64,000 nucleotides of DNA, taken from the NCBI GenBank assembly GCA_024696005.1, contig JAILHF010000035.1, positions 28,440 through 92,439 on the forward strand. Direction: 5' to 3'. Positions 25,486 to 35,545 of the stretch are shown here, in pieces (position 1 is the first letter of the stretch; the number at the start of each line of letters is the position of its first letter). Source of the stretch: Lachnospiraceae bacterium (lineage in GTDB: Bacteria > Bacillota > Clostridia > Lachnospirales > Lachnospiraceae). The notes under the pieces were generated by a model that saw nothing but the letters and a program-made list of their open reading frames with translations, was not told the origin of the DNA and did not search any database. The translations under genes were made by a program, and so were the position numbers.

Positions 25486-26247
25486 TTAGTTAGACTCCGA
25501 AAGCTCGGCACGTCTCTTCCGTATGCCGTCAAGGATGACCTCTTTCTTCGCGATGGCCTCCTGCTGCGTCATGGCCGGCACATCCTTCAGACGGTAATCG
25601 AGGCCCAGTTTTTCGTATTTGACGATCCCCATGGTATGGTAGGGCAGCACGTCCAGAGCCTTCAGATTGGAAAGTCCGCCGATAAAGTAACCCAGATCGA
25701 AGAGGTACTTGTCGTCGTCCGTGATCCCGGGGACCACCACGTGACGGATCCAGACATCCACGTGCTTCTCGTCCAGATACTTCGCAAAGGCCAGGATCCC
25801 GTCATTGGGCTGTCCGGTCAGCCATTTATGCTTCTCGGGATCGATGTGCTTGATGTCGAGCATCACCAGATCCGTGTATTTCATCAGCTCATCCAGGGTC
25901 CTGTTGTACTGCGATTCACCGGGATGATACATGATGCCCGAAGAATCGATGCAGGTGTGGATGTTCTTTTCCTTGGCCAGCTTAAAGAGCTCCAGCACGA
26001 AATCCACCTGCATCAGCGGCTCTCCGCCCGTAACGGTGATGCCGCCGCTTTCGTAAAAGCCCCGGTTGCGTTCGAACTGCTCGATCAGTTCGGAAGCCTC
26101 GGTGGGCGTTCCGCCGGTGGGATCCCAGGTATCGGGATTGTGACAGTATGCGCAGCGCATGGGACAGCCCTGCAAAAAGATCACAAATCTCGTTCCGGGC
26201 CCGTCCACGGTCCCGAAGCTCTCGGTAGAATGAATGCGTCCCTTCAT
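25486..26247 (-). CDS. pflA: pyruvate formate-lyase-type glycyl-radical activating enzyme
   Basis: 253 aa, [41 protein letters not shown]...[11 protein letters not shown]. Confidence 0.9.
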   Translation of the reverse strand: MKGRIHSTESFGTVDGPGTRFVIFLQGCPMRCAYCHNPDTWDPTGGTPTEASELIEQFERNRGFYESGGITVTGGEPLMQVDFVLELFKLAKEKNIHTCIDSSGIMYHPGESQYNRTLDELMKYTDLVMLDIKHIDPEKHKWLTGQPNDGILAFAKYLDEKHVDVWIRHVVVPGITDDDKYLFDLGYFIGGLSNLKALDVLPYHTMGIVKYEKLGLDYRLKDVPAMTQQEAIAKKEVILDGIRKRRAELSESN

Positions 26248-27425
26248 GATCGTTCCTCCAAAAAAGCTTTATTCCGCCGGATCAGCTCGATGCGCTGCGC
26301 CACGCAGTCGCGGCTGCGCAGGGGATCCGCCGGTGTATTGAAGATATAGTCGCTGAGTTTCTCCACCGTGGTGGAGGCCACATGCAGCCTGGTATCGGAT
26401 GATGCATAGTAGATGTAGATCTCGTCCAGCTCATTGCGGACCGCGCCGTTCGTGAACAGCACATTGCTCACATCACCCACGCGTTCTCCGCCCAAAGGCC
26501 CCATGAACATCCCGCCGGGTTCGGCGATCACCCGGGAAGGATCATCCAGCGCCGTGGCAAAGCAATACAGCACATAGCGCAGGCCTGCGGCCGTGTTGCG
26601 CACCCCGTGCGCGATATGCAGCCAGCCCCTGTCCGTCCGGATCGGCACCGCGCCGGCACCGTTCTTGGATTCGGTGATCGTATGGTAACGCCGCATGCTC
26701 ACGATCTTTTCCTCATCGATCACCGCATGGGCGATGTCGTCGCACAGGCCAAAGCCTATCCCTCCGCCGCTTCCGGTCTCGATGAAGTCGTCCATCGGAC
26801 GGGTATAAAACGCATACTTTCCGTCCACAAACTCGGGATGCAGCACCACATTGCGCTGCTGCGGGGAACGGAGCGTCTTCAGATTGTCCAGGCGCTCCCA
26901 GCTCTTTAAGTCCTTTGTGCGCACAATGCCTGCCGCCGCGACTGCTGCCGACAGGTCCTTCGATGAAGTGTCCTTGCTCTCGGAGCAGAACACCCCGTAG
27001 ATCCAGCCGTCTTCATGCTGTGTCAGGCGCATGTCGTAAACATTCGTCTCCTCCGGGCAGGTATCGGGCAGGAGCACGGGCTCGTCCCAAAAGCGAAAGC
27101 CCTCGGTCGGCTTGTCCGACTCGGCCACCGCAAAAAAGGATTTGCGGTCGTCCCCTTCCACACGGGCCACCAGGTAATACTTTCCGTTCCGGTAGACTGC
27201 ACCGGAATTGAACACACAGTTCACGCCCAGGCGCTCTTCGAAATAGGGATTGGTCCGCGGGTCCAGATCGTATTTCCAGAAAAGCGGGATATGCCGGTTC
27301 GTCAGGACCGGATGGACATAGCGCTCCACGATGCCGTTGTAAAAACGCGTGTCCACGGGATTCTTCCGTGCGAGCAGGCGTTCGTATTTCCTGTTGAGTT
27401 CCGCGTATTTCGGATGAAGAGTCAT
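26244..27425 (-). CDS. GH130 beta-mannoside phosphorylase (4-O-beta-D-mannosyl-D-glucose phosphorylase-like)
   Basis: [24 protein letters not shown]...[33 protein letters not shown]...[20 protein letters not shown] precedes ATG 27425. Confidence 0.8.
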   Translation of the reverse strand: MTLHPKYAELNRKYERLLARKNPVDTRFYNGIVERYVHPVLTNRHIPLFWKYDLDPRTNPYFEERLGVNCVFNSGAVYRNGKYYLVARVEGDDRKSFFAVAESDKPTEGFRFWDEPVLLPDTCPEETNVYDMRLTQHEDGWIYGVFCSESKDTSSKDLSAAVAAAGIVRTKDLKSWERLDNLKTLRSPQQRNVVLHPEFVDGKYAFYTRPMDDFIETGSGGGIGFGLCDDIAHAVIDEEKIVSMRRYHTITESKNGAGAVPIRTDRGWLHIAHGVRNTAAGLRYVLYCFATALDDPSRVIAEPGGMFMGPLGGERVGDVSNVLFTNGAVRNELDEIYIYYASSDTRLHVASTTVEKLSDYIFNTPADPLRSRDCVAQRIELIRRNKAFLEERS

Positions 27426-27444
27426 TTTTTCCTCCGGGGCAGGC

Positions 27445-28620
27445 CTATTCGACATTCCTTCGCAGCACTTCAATGCACATGCGCCCGTTATGATACGGGC
27501 ATTTCCACGGCTCCACGATCGGACGCTTCTGTTCGTCGGGCGCACCCTCTGCCGTCACCGCATAAAACCACTCGCTTCCCTCGCGGTGGTCAACGGAATA
27601 TGTTTTGATGAAATCCCACTCCGCCCTGGCAGCTTCCAGGAAATCCGTACGGGAGGGATCCTTCTGGTATGCATTGATAAAGCCGATGAGAGTCTCGGCC
27701 TGTACCCACCAGATCCGGTCGGTATTGACCACGCCCTTGTCGCACTCGTTGGCAAGGGAATGCCCGTCAAAGGCCGTTGCCTTTACATTGCGCGCCAGAT
27801 CCATGGTGATCGGAGCCAGCTTTTTCGCGTAAGCTTCATCCCCCAGCACTTCAAGGCCCCTGTCCAGGAGCCAGCTGGTCTCGATGTCATGTCCGTAGGA
27901 ATAAAGATCGATCAGTGTATGATACTCGTGATCAAAGAATACTTCCTGTCTGTGAAGAGCGGGGTTGTACATCTTTTCGGCGAAACAGTCCATGATCCAC
28001 CGAAGGCACGCCCCCACCTTTTCGTTATGATCAACACGGTAGAGTTCCGTGTAAGCTTCAAACACATGCAGGAGCGTGTTCATCGTGCGCTCCGCCATCA
28101 CGCCGTTTTCCGAGAGCTTTTCGTTGCTCGCGGGCCTGAACTCCCGGTCAAAGGCTTCCAGATAGCCGCCCTCGTCGCGGCATTTCGTTTCTATGATGTC
28201 AAAAAGCCCGTAGGCTTCTTCGAGCGCTTCCCGCTCGCCGCTCGCATCGTAATACGATGCGAGGGCGTAGATGCAGAAAGCCTGATTATACGTATGTTTG
28301 GTGGTGTCGAGCGCTTTGCCGTCATGGCTCATGGACCAGTAGACACCGCCGTATTTCCGGTCCAGGCAATGGTCTTTCAAAAAACGGTACCCGTGCCGCG
28401 CTTCTTCCAAAAGTGCCTCATCCTTCAGGTAAAGGTAGGCGTTGGAAAAGAACCAGGTGATCCGGTTGTTCAGGATGCAGCCCTTCTCGGCCTTTTTGTC
28501 CAGCTTCAGATCGAAATCCAAAAGCCCGTAATAGCCGCCGTATTCATCATCCCGAAGCTTCTTCCAGAAAGGGATGATATGTCCGCACAGTTCTTCCCTG
28601 ACCTCTTCCAACATCGCCAT
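27445..28620 (-). CDS. cellobiose 2-epimerase (N-acylglucosamine 2-epimerase fold)
   Basis: 391 aa. It aligns end to end with my recollection of the Ruminococcus albus CE sequence: [19 protein letters not shown]...[13 protein letters not shown]...WWVQAE...[15 protein letters not shown]. Confidence 0.85.
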   Translation of the reverse strand: MAMLEEVREELCGHIIPFWKKLRDDEYGGYYGLLDFDLKLDKKAEKGCILNNRITWFFSNAYLYLKDEALLEEARHGYRFLKDHCLDRKYGGVYWSMSHDGKALDTTKHTYNQAFCIYALASYYDASGEREALEEAYGLFDIIETKCRDEGGYLEAFDREFRPASNEKLSENGVMAERTMNTLLHVFEAYTELYRVDHNEKVGACLRWIMDCFAEKMYNPALHRQEVFFDHEYHTLIDLYSYGHDIETSWLLDRGLEVLGDEAYAKKLAPITMDLARNVKATAFDGHSLANECDKGVVNTDRIWWVQAETLIGFINAYQKDPSRTDFLEAARAEWDFIKTYSVDHREGSEWFYAVTAEGAPDEQKRPIVEPWKCPYHNGRMCIEVLRRNVE

Positions 28621-28641
28621 TGCTCTTCTCCTCCTGACGGC

Positions 28642-29934
28642 TCAGCCTTTTTCCTCGTAGCTTCTCACATAGCGGTCGTTCTGGCCGGTCAGTTTGAAGG
28701 TATCCTTCAGCAGATACTCGCTGGCCTCGGTCTTCTGATGGGAAACCATCGACGACTTGGCCGAAGAGACCGTGATGGCACCCACGATCAGGCCGATCAC
28801 AGCTGCCACGATGACGGCGGTAACGATGTCGCTAAGCACGAAATAGCCGATGACCGCGCAGATCACCGCGCAGATCAGCAGCGTTTTGAAGAACATGGCC
28901 GTTGCCTTGTTGTTGTCGACGGGCATGTCACCCGTCACCTTGCCGGTCTGTCCGTTCACGGCAAAGGTATACTGCCCGCCGTTCCAGCGGGTGGTCAGCA
29001 TCCAGACGGGAAGCATGCAATAGTCGATCTTTCCGTCTTCGATCGTGATGTTGCAGGATTCCTGGTTCACGCTGTCATAGCCCGTGACGGTCTCGCGGAT
29101 CGCGCTCTCCGTAGTGCTCTTGATGCGCGTATCCACACGTCCCTTCACTTCCTCGGCGGACTCATCGTATTTGTTTGCCAGATAACCGGAAAAATAGGCA
29201 GGCTCGTAATCGATGATCTTGCTGTAATCGAAGGGTTCGATGGAGTCCATGTATTCGTCCTTCATCTCCTTGGCACCGTCGGCCGGGACCTTTGCATAAC
29301 GCATGTGGGCGGAACGGCTTACCGCATATTCCTCCACCTCTTTCCAGTGCTCCTGGATATCCTGACCGTTGCTGTCTTTCACGGTCTTGGTGAAGCGCCG
29401 CTTGACCTTTGTGGCCTTGTAAAAGCCGGTTCCTCTCGCCCCGCAGTCGAAGAGCCAGAAAGGCACATACACACCCTGGATCTTTTCCATGCGGTTGTTC
29501 TTGACGAACTCGTCCGGGATCAGCTTCTTGCCGCTGTAGAAATCCTTCATCTTCTGCATCGCGGTATCTTTCTTGATCGCGAAGGGAATGATGCCGTCCG
29601 GCAGGTTCATGCCGGAGAAAGTGGATTCCACGATAGCGGGATTGCCGCAGTAAGGGCACTCCGTCGCACCCACCTGTCCGTCACTGACCAGCACCGCTCC
29701 GCAGGCCTTGCACTCCCATTCCTGCATCCCGTTTGCGCCGGCTGCCAGTTCTGCGGACTGCTTCTGCTCCCATTCCGAATTCTTTTCCTGCTTCTGCTCG
29801 GCGCTCTGTTTGAACTCCGACATGTCAAACTCGCTGCCGCAGTACTCGCAGACCATCTTCTGGATATCCCCCTGGAACTCCAACGGTCCGGTACAGTTGG
29901 GGCATTTATACTCCTGAAGTTTGTTTTCCGCCAT
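28642..29934 (-). CDS. double zinc-ribbon protein with C-terminal membrane anchor, unknown function
   Basis: MAENKLQEYKCPNCTGPLEF...CEYCGSEF then WECKACGAVLV...CPYCGNPAIV. A ~260-aa domain and two C-terminal TM helices follow. SD AAGGAGGAG precedes ATG 29934; the track start is a TTG at 29955. Confidence 0.7.
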   Translation of the reverse strand: MAENKLQEYKCPNCTGPLEFQGDIQKMVCEYCGSEFDMSEFKQSAEQKQEKNSEWEQKQSAELAAGANGMQEWECKACGAVLVSDGQVGATECPYCGNPAIVESTFSGMNLPDGIIPFAIKKDTAMQKMKDFYSGKKLIPDEFVKNNRMEKIQGVYVPFWLFDCGARGTGFYKATKVKRRFTKTVKDSNGQDIQEHWKEVEEYAVSRSAHMRYAKVPADGAKEMKDEYMDSIEPFDYSKIIDYEPAYFSGYLANKYDESAEEVKGRVDTRIKSTTESAIRETVTGYDSVNQESCNITIEDGKIDYCMLPVWMLTTRWNGGQYTFAVNGQTGKVTGDMPVDNNKATAMFFKTLLICAVICAVIGYFVLSDIVTAVIVAAVIGLIVGAITVSSAKSSMVSHQKTEASEYLLKDTFKLTGQNDRYVRSYEEKG

Positions 29935-29958
29935 GATCTCCTCCTTGTCAGGCAAATC

Positions 29959-29987
29959 GTTCCGGCAGGGAAAGCCCCCGCCGGAAC
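29959..29987 (-). terminator. hairpin between gpmA and the zinc-ribbon gene (weak terminator or attenuator)
   Basis: GUUCCGGC-13 nt-GCCGGAAC. The U tract is poor (GAUUUG). Confidence 0.3.
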
Positions 29988-30000
29988 AAACATGGGAACT

Positions 30001-30747
30001 TTACTTCGCCTTACCCTGATTTGCGACTGCTTCCATCTTGGCCTTCAGAGCCTCCTGGTCGCCGAGGTAGTAGCTCTTGATCACGTTGAAATTGTCATCA
30101 AACTCATAAACCAGAGGAGTTCCGGTCGGGATGTTCACGCCGAGGATCTCTTCGGGAGTCTTGTTGTCCAGATATTTCACCAGTGCACGAAGGGAATTGC
30201 CGTGTGCCGCGATGATGACACGCTTGCCGGCCTTCATGTCTGCCTTGATGTTCTTCAGATAGAAGGGGATCACGCGCTCGATGGTCGTCTCGAGGCTCTC
30301 GTTCGCGGGCAGGAAATAAGGATCCACATCGCGGAACATCTCCAGCTTCTTTGCGCTGCGCTCGTCGTCGTCGGAAAGCTCGGGCGGCTTGACGTCGAAG
30401 CTTCTTCTCCAGATCTTCACCTGATCCTCACCGAACTTCTCGGCCGCTTCGCTCTTGTTCTTGCCCTGCAGATCGCCGTAGTGACGCTCATTCAGCTCCC
30501 ACGCCTTGATCACGGGCAGCCAGTTGCGGTCCATCTCGTCCAGGATATGGTTCAGGGTGTGGATCGCTCTCTTCAGATACGAAGTATAGCATACATCAAA
30601 ATCGTAGCCCTCGGCCTTCAGCAGCTTGCCGGCTGCCTTTGCCTCCTCATGGCCTTTCTCGGACAGATCCACATCGGTCCAGCCCGTGAAAAGGTTCAGC
30701 TTGTTCCACTCACTCTCACCATGTCTTACCAACACCAGCTTTGTCAT
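30001..30747 (-). CDS. gpmA: 2,3-bisphosphoglycerate-dependent phosphoglycerate mutase
   Basis: 248 aa, [32 protein letters not shown]...ERHYG...[10 protein letters not shown]. Confidence 0.95.
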   Translation of the reverse strand: MTKLVLVRHGESEWNKLNLFTGWTDVDLSEKGHEEAKAAGKLLKAEGYDFDVCYTSYLKRAIHTLNHILDEMDRNWLPVIKAWELNERHYGDLQGKNKSEAAEKFGEDQVKIWRRSFDVKPPELSDDDERSAKKLEMFRDVDPYFLPANESLETTIERVIPFYLKNIKADMKAGKRVIIAAHGNSLRALVKYLDNKTPEEILGVNIPTGTPLVYEFDDNFNVIKSYYLGDQEALKAKMEAVANQGKAK

Positions 30748-30850
30748 TTTTTCTTCCTCCTAGAATGATTTTGGCATTTGCGCCCATCGATAAAGATAGT
30801 ACCATATTTCGGGGCAAAAGAAAAGCGAAAATGCGCCCTGTTCTTACGGA

Positions 30851-30879
30851 TTGCGAAGGCCGTCCCATTCTGTTATAAT
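30851..30879 (+). promoter_or_regulatory. sigma-A promoter for the Hsp70-like/hslO operon
   Basis: TTGCGA (30851-30856), a 17-nt spacer, then TATAAT (30874-30879). Confidence 0.6.
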
Positions 30880-30930
30880 GACATTTTGTAACATTAGAAG
30901 AAGAAATGCACGAGAGGAAAGCGATTTAAG

Positions 30931-32610
30931 ATGATCATCGGTATCGATCTTGGAACCACCAACAGTCTGGTGGCATATTATGACGATGAAGGCGCAAAGA
31001 TCATCCCCAACCGCCTCGGAGGAAGGCTTACTCCCTCCGTGGTCAGCGTGGAAGGGGATCAGATCTATGTAGGCGAGGTGGCAAAGGAACGGATGCTCCT
31101 GCATCCCGAGGACAGTGCTGCCGTTTTCAAGCGCACCATGGGAACGGACGCGAAATACCGCCTGGGCGGCCGCCTTTTCCGTTCCGAAGAGCTTTCTTCC
31201 TTCATCCTCCGTTCCCTGAAGGAAGATGCGGAGGCTTTTCTCGGCGAGCCCGTGGAGGAAGCCGTGATCAGCGTCCCCGCCTATTTTAACGACGCAAGGC
31301 GCAAAGCGACCAAGCATGCCGGCGAGCTGGCCGGCCTGAAGGTGGAGCGCATCATCAGCGAACCCACCGCAGCCGCCGTGGCCTACGGGCTGTACGAGAT
31401 GCAGGATGACGCAAAAGTCCTGGTCTTTGACCTGGGCGGCGGGACCTTTGACGTTTCGATCCTCGAACTGTCGGGCACCATACTGGAGGTGCGCGCGGTC
31501 GCAGGCGACAATTACCTGGGCGGCGAAGATTTCACCGACATCCTCGAAGAGCTTTGGTTCAAGAAGACCGAAACCGAGGCCGAAGGGCTCGACGACAGGA
31601 CACGCAGGCACATCCATCGCCAGGCCGAGCTGTGCAAGCTTTCGTTTGAGCGTGAAAAAGTCGTTAAGATGATCTGCACGATCGGTGACGAGGAAAAGGA
31701 AGCCCTCATCTCCGCCGACGAATTCGAAAAGAACTGTGAAGACCTGCTGGAACGCATCCGCATCCCGGTACGGAAAAGCCTGTCGGATGCCAAGCTGAAA
31801 CTCTCCGAGATCGACAAAGTGGTCCTGGTCGGCGGCGCCACCAGGCTGCCCCTGATCCGGCGGCTGGTGGGAAGGCTCTTCCGCATCATCCCGGACACCT
31901 CGGTCAATCCCGACGAGGCCATTGCCATAGGCGCTGCCATCCAGGCCGCCATGAAGGAAAGGCGCGAGAGCATCCGCGAGATCATCCTGACGGATGTATG
32001 CCCCTTCACCCTGAGCACCGAAGTGAGCATCGAGCGTGAGGGCGGCGGATTCGAAAGCGGCCATGTATGCCCGATCATCGAGCGCAACACCGTGATCCCG
32101 GCCAGCCGCACCGAGACCCTCTACCCTCTCTATGACAACCAGAAGACCATACGGGTACGGGTCCTGCAGGGTGAGAGCCGCTTCGCGGAGAACAATCTGA
32201 AGCTCGGCGAGCTTGAGATCCAGCTCCCCAAAGGAAAAAAAGACGACAACAGCGTGGATGTGACCTACACTTACGACATCAATTCCATTCTGGAGGTGCA
32301 GGTGCGCGTCAACCGCAGCGGTGAGGTGATAAAGCAGATCCTGAAAGGACAGGATGTGGACATGACGGACGAAGAGATCGCCGCACGCATGGAAGAACTG
32401 GCATATTTAAAGATCCCGCCCCGCGAGCAGGAGCGCAACAAGCTGCTGCTGGTAAAGGGCGAACGCCTGTATGAGGAAAACTTCGGGGAAGACCGCCTGG
32501 TGATCGAGCAACACATCCGCCGCTTCGAACAGGCTCTGAACAGCCAGGATCCGGTGCGCATCGATGCCGCACGCGAAGAATTCCGGGAATTTCTGGAGGA
32601 TTGGGAATGA
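30931..32610 (+). CDS. Hsp70-family chaperone, short HscC-like form
   Basis: 559 aa, MIIGIDLGTTNSLVAYY...VISVPAYFNDARRKATK...VFDLGGGTFDVS...VLVGGATRLP. Confidence 0.85.
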   Translation: MIIGIDLGTTNSLVAYYDDEGAKIIPNRLGGRLTPSVVSVEGDQIYVGEVAKERMLLHPEDSAAVFKRTMGTDAKYRLGGRLFRSEELSSFILRSLKEDAEAFLGEPVEEAVISVPAYFNDARRKATKHAGELAGLKVERIISEPTAAAVAYGLYEMQDDAKVLVFDLGGGTFDVSILELSGTILEVRAVAGDNYLGGEDFTDILEELWFKKTETEAEGLDDRTRRHIHRQAELCKLSFEREKVVKMICTIGDEEKEALISADEFEKNCEDLLERIRIPVRKSLSDAKLKLSEIDKVVLVGGATRLPLIRRLVGRLFRIIPDTSVNPDEAIAIGAAIQAAMKERRESIREIILTDVCPFTLSTEVSIEREGGGFESGHVCPIIERNTVIPASRTETLYPLYDNQKTIRVRVLQGESRFAENNLKLGELEIQLPKGKKDDNSVDVTYTYDINSILEVQVRVNRSGEVIKQILKGQDVDMTDEEIAARMEELAYLKIPPREQERNKLLLVKGERLYEENFGEDRLVIEQHIRRFEQALNSQDPVRIDAAREEFREFLEDWE

Positions 32611-33470
32611 AGGACGAACTGATCCGCGGGCTGGCCTGTGGCGGGGAAGTGCGTTTTGCCGCCGCCTATACGCGGGATACCGTGGAAGAGGCCAGGCGCA
32701 TCCATGACTGCACGCCGCTCTGCAGCGCGGCACTGGGAAGGCTTTTGACCGCAGGTGCCCTGATGGGCTCCCTTTGCAAGAACGACAGCGACCGCATCAC
32801 CTTAAAGATCGACGGTGACGGTCCCATCCGGCAGATCACGGTCTGCGCCGACGCCGACCTGAGTGTGCGCGGCCTGCTCTATGACCCTTCCGTGGAGCTC
32901 CCCCTGAAAGCCAACGGCCATCTGGATGTGGGCAGCGGCATCGGCCGGGGAACCCTTACCGTCATCAAGGATATCGGCCTGAAGGAGCCGTACAGCGGAA
33001 CGACCGAACTGGTCTCGGGCGAGATCGGTGACGACCTGACCTATTATTTTGCAAGCAGCGAGCAGACGCCCTCTTCGGTAGGACTGGGCGTTCTGGTGGA
33101 CCGCGACCTGAGCATCCTGCATGCCGGCGGCTTCCTGATCCAGCTTTTGCCATTTACAAAAGAGGAAACGATCTGCGCGCTGGAAAAAGCCCTTGGTGAA
33201 TTTTCTTCAGTCACCGATCACTTCCTTGCCGGGGAAAGCCTTGAAGAGCTCATGACCGGTCTGCTGGGCCCGGTCGACGTCGAGGAAAGACGGGATGTGC
33301 GCTATCACTGCTCCTGCACGCGCGAACGGGTCACGGCCGCGCTTGCGAGCATCGGACGTGACGAACTGAACGCGATGATCGAAGAGGCAAAGCCCGTGAC
33401 GCTGCATTGCGATTTCTGCGGGAAGGATTATGAATTCGCGCCCGATGAGATCCGCGCATTACTGAAATGA
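32607..33470 (+). CDS. hslO: Hsp33 redox-regulated chaperone
   Basis: MKDELIRGLA... with the C-terminal zinc centre CSCTRERV...CDFCGKDYEF. ATG 32607 forms an ATGA overlap with the upstream stop. SD GGAGGA lies 6 nt upstream. Confidence 0.9.
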   Translation: MKDELIRGLACGGEVRFAAAYTRDTVEEARRIHDCTPLCSAALGRLLTAGALMGSLCKNDSDRITLKIDGDGPIRQITVCADADLSVRGLLYDPSVELPLKANGHLDVGSGIGRGTLTVIKDIGLKEPYSGTTELVSGEIGDDLTYYFASSEQTPSSVGLGVLVDRDLSILHAGGFLIQLLPFTKEETICALEKALGEFSSVTDHFLAGESLEELMTGLLGPVDVEERRDVRYHCSCTRERVTAALASIGRDELNAMIEEAKPVTLHCDFCGKDYEFAPDEIRALLK

Positions 33471-34034
33471 TCAGTTTTCTTTTTCTTTCTTCCCGAATAA
33501 TCTCTGAAAAGCCAGAAAGATCAGAACTCCCAGCAGACCGCTGAGCGCATTGTAGACCAGATCGGAGATCTGGAAAGCCCCACGCGCCGTCAAAAGCTGC
33601 ACGCATTCGATGAGCAGGCTGAAGCAAAGACTCAGGCCGGTGAGCAGAAGCACCAGCTTGCTCTTCCCGCGGGTGGACAGAAAGGGAAACGCCCAGGCCG
33701 CCAGAAAGGTCCAGGGAGTAAACATCACCATGTTGTAGAGCGTATCAAAGCTATACCTTCCGTCACTGCGCCGCAGGCTCCAGCCCGTGAAGATCCCGGA
33801 AGTGCTGTCGTAGGTCCCCTCACGCCCCAAAAGCGTCACCGTGAACAGAATGGCCGTATAGATCGCCCAGAGAAAGGTCGGGATCAGATGCTCCGCCCTG
33901 AGCCTTCCGTACCAGAGACGAATGACCAGAACAAGCAGAAAGACCAGTACAGCCACCGGAATGACCTTCCATTCGTTCCCTGCCAGCAGGTGTCCCACCA
34001 CATAGGAAAAATCCTCAAATAAAGCCTTTATCAT
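33471..34034 (-). CDS. VanZ-family membrane protein
   Basis: MIKALFEDFSYVVGHLL... with 4-5 TMs and ...IECVQLLTARGAFQISDLVYNALSG. It has an ATGA overlap with the upstream gene. Its stop abuts the convergent hslO stop with zero spacer. Confidence 0.75.
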   Translation of the reverse strand: MIKALFEDFSYVVGHLLAGNEWKVIPVAVLVFLLVLVIRLWYGRLRAEHLIPTFLWAIYTAILFTVTLLGREGTYDSTSGIFTGWSLRRSDGRYSFDTLYNMVMFTPWTFLAAWAFPFLSTRGKSKLVLLLTGLSLCFSLLIECVQLLTARGAFQISDLVYNALSGLLGVLIFLAFQRLFGKKEKEN

Positions 34035-35545
34035 TTTCCGCGTTTCACTTTCGTATACCAGATAAATTTCGTGTTCGTGATCAGATAGCGCTTCACAAGA
34101 CGCCCCGGATCCTGGAACATGCGATAGAGCCACTCCAGACCGATGCTCTGGATGAAACGCGGCGCACGGTCTATGGTGCCCGCGTGGAAATCAAATCCCG
34201 CGCCCACGCCGAGCATCAGGCCTTTGATCCTGCCTTCATGCGCTTTCATCCAGCGTTCCTGCTTGGGCGCTCCCAGGCCGATCCAGACCAGATCCGCGCC
34301 GCTCTCGTTGATCATGCGCACGGCCTCCTCGTCCTCCTCGGGCGTGAGCTCGCGGAACGGCGGCGAATACATGCCGGCGATCTGCAGAAAAGGATAATTC
34401 TCCTTCAGTTTCTTTTCAAGTTCCGAAATGGTCTTTTCCGTTGAGCCGTAAAAGAAATGCTTCGTTCCCGTCTCCATGGTCATGCGGAACAGATCCTCCA
34501 TAAAGTCGGGCCCCGCCATGCGCTCCGCCTCGGGAAAACCGCCGGCATAGATCTGCCCTGCCACGGGAGCCCCGTCCGGGAAGGTAAAGGCCGAAGCGTT
34601 CAGAACCTCGCGGTACGCGGGATCGTCATGTGCCATCACGGTCGTGTGCACATTGGAAAAGCAGATGTACTTTCCGCCCAGTTCCTTCAGATGCGTCAGC
34701 ACATACTGGGCCGCTTCCGTGCGCCGTGCCGTCGTATAGTTCACGCCGAGCACGCTGCATTTGTTGCGCAGCAGGGAGCGGTAGACCGCTGCGCTCCCGC
34801 CTTCCCCGACGAGCATGACGCCCGGCAGTTCCATGTTATCCGAAGACAGGCCCCTGCAGATCGGGATCCCGTGCTCTTCCAGTTTTTTTACGCCTTCTTC
34901 CCCAAGCTTCCCCGCACCGTGGTCCGAAAGATAGATCATGTCGCTGTCCGCGGGTATTTTGAGCCTGCCCTTTCCCGCTTCGGCGCTTCCGTTCACATGG
35001 CAGATCTCCCAGATCTCCCTGGCATCATTGCGGTAGCCGTAACGCTCGATGCACCATTTCAGACGGGGCAGCTCCTCCGCCTCCGCCAGAAGAAAGACCC
35101 TGCGTTCCCGTATCCCGATCCTGTGCTTCTTCAGCAGATGCCGGCTGTACTGCCTTCTGGTAAACAGATCCAGAGGAATGCCGCTCACGAAAAGGACCAG
35201 CAGCACGGTGCGGGAAACCCTGTCTCCCCAGTGGATGAAGAACACGAAAGCCGTCATGCCGAGTGCAAGGACAAACTGTCCCCGCAATACCTCTGCCAGC
35301 TTCTCCCAGATGTTCTGCTCCCAGGGCCGCTTGGTCTTTCTCTTCCGCATGAAAAAGATCATGGAATACATCAGCAAAAGAACCACATAGAACATGCGGT
35401 AGAAATCATACTCTCGGACCTTGTTGGAATAAAAGCGTTCCAGAAAAACATAGCGCACGAGAAGCGCCAGGACAAAGGCCACGCTTTCCGTCACCAGACA
35501 GTTTATCAGCAGGAACAGATCATAACTTCGTTTGGAATCCTTCAT
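34031..35545 (-). CDS. fusion protein: WbaP-like N-terminal membrane/linker module plus WecB/TagA/CpsF (GT26) glycosyltransferase
   Basis: 504 aa. The N-terminal ~250 aa has 4 TMs and a linker, RRVFLLAEAEELPRLK... The C-terminal ~240 aa reads VLGVNYTT...ICFSNVHTTVMA...FPDGAPV...WIGLGAPKQERW...GVGAGFDFHAG...EWLYR. Confidence 0.7.
   Translation of the reverse strand: MKDSKRSYDLFLLINCLVTESVAFVLALLVRYVFLERFYSNKVREYDFYRMFYVVLLLMYSMIFFMRKRKTKRPWEQNIWEKLAEVLRGQFVLALGMTAFVFFIHWGDRVSRTVLLVLFVSGIPLDLFTRRQYSRHLLKKHRIGIRERRVFLLAEAEELPRLKWCIERYGYRNDAREIWEICHVNGSAEAGKGRLKIPADSDMIYLSDHGAGKLGEEGVKKLEEHGIPICRGLSSDNMELPGVMLVGEGGSAAVYRSLLRNKCSVLGVNYTTARRTEAAQYVLTHLKELGGKYICFSNVHTTVMAHDDPAYREVLNASAFTFPDGAPVAGQIYAGGFPEAERMAGPDFMEDLFRMTMETGTKHFFYGSTEKTISELEKKLKENYPFLQIAGMYSPPFRELTPEEDEEAVRMINESGADLVWIGLGAPKQERWMKAHEGRIKGLMLGVGAGFDFHAGTIDRAPRFIQSIGLEWLYRMFQDPGRLVKRYLITNTKFIWYTKVKRGK

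Noticed and set aside
25221-25493. 90-aa plus-strand ORF from the track
   Set aside because: It lies antisense to the 56-aa ferredoxin, whose double CxxCxxCxxxCP motif, SD and terminator are decisive. The plus-strand translation has no features.
27490-30768. 1092-aa plus-strand ORF
   Set aside because: It lies antisense to four well-supported minus-strand genes (cellobiose 2-epimerase, zinc-ribbon protein, gpmA, GH130 edge). Its composition is low-complexity.
30844-32064. Further long antisense ORFs: 30844-32064(-), 54111-55448(-), 59460-60491(-), 56356-57960(+), 61196-62713(+), 62509-63822(+), 21762-23291(+), 23734-25065(+), 14434-16260(+), 10032-11702(+), 5449-7059(+), 45325-46812(+) and others
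   Set aside because: Each lies opposite a gene with clear family motifs (Hsp70, Prs, DegV, SGNH/NTP-transferase, GalE, GGDEF-EAL, SBP, GTs, ABC, PIG-L, the giant gene). All show the Arg/Gly/His/Pro-rich composition typical of shadow frames.
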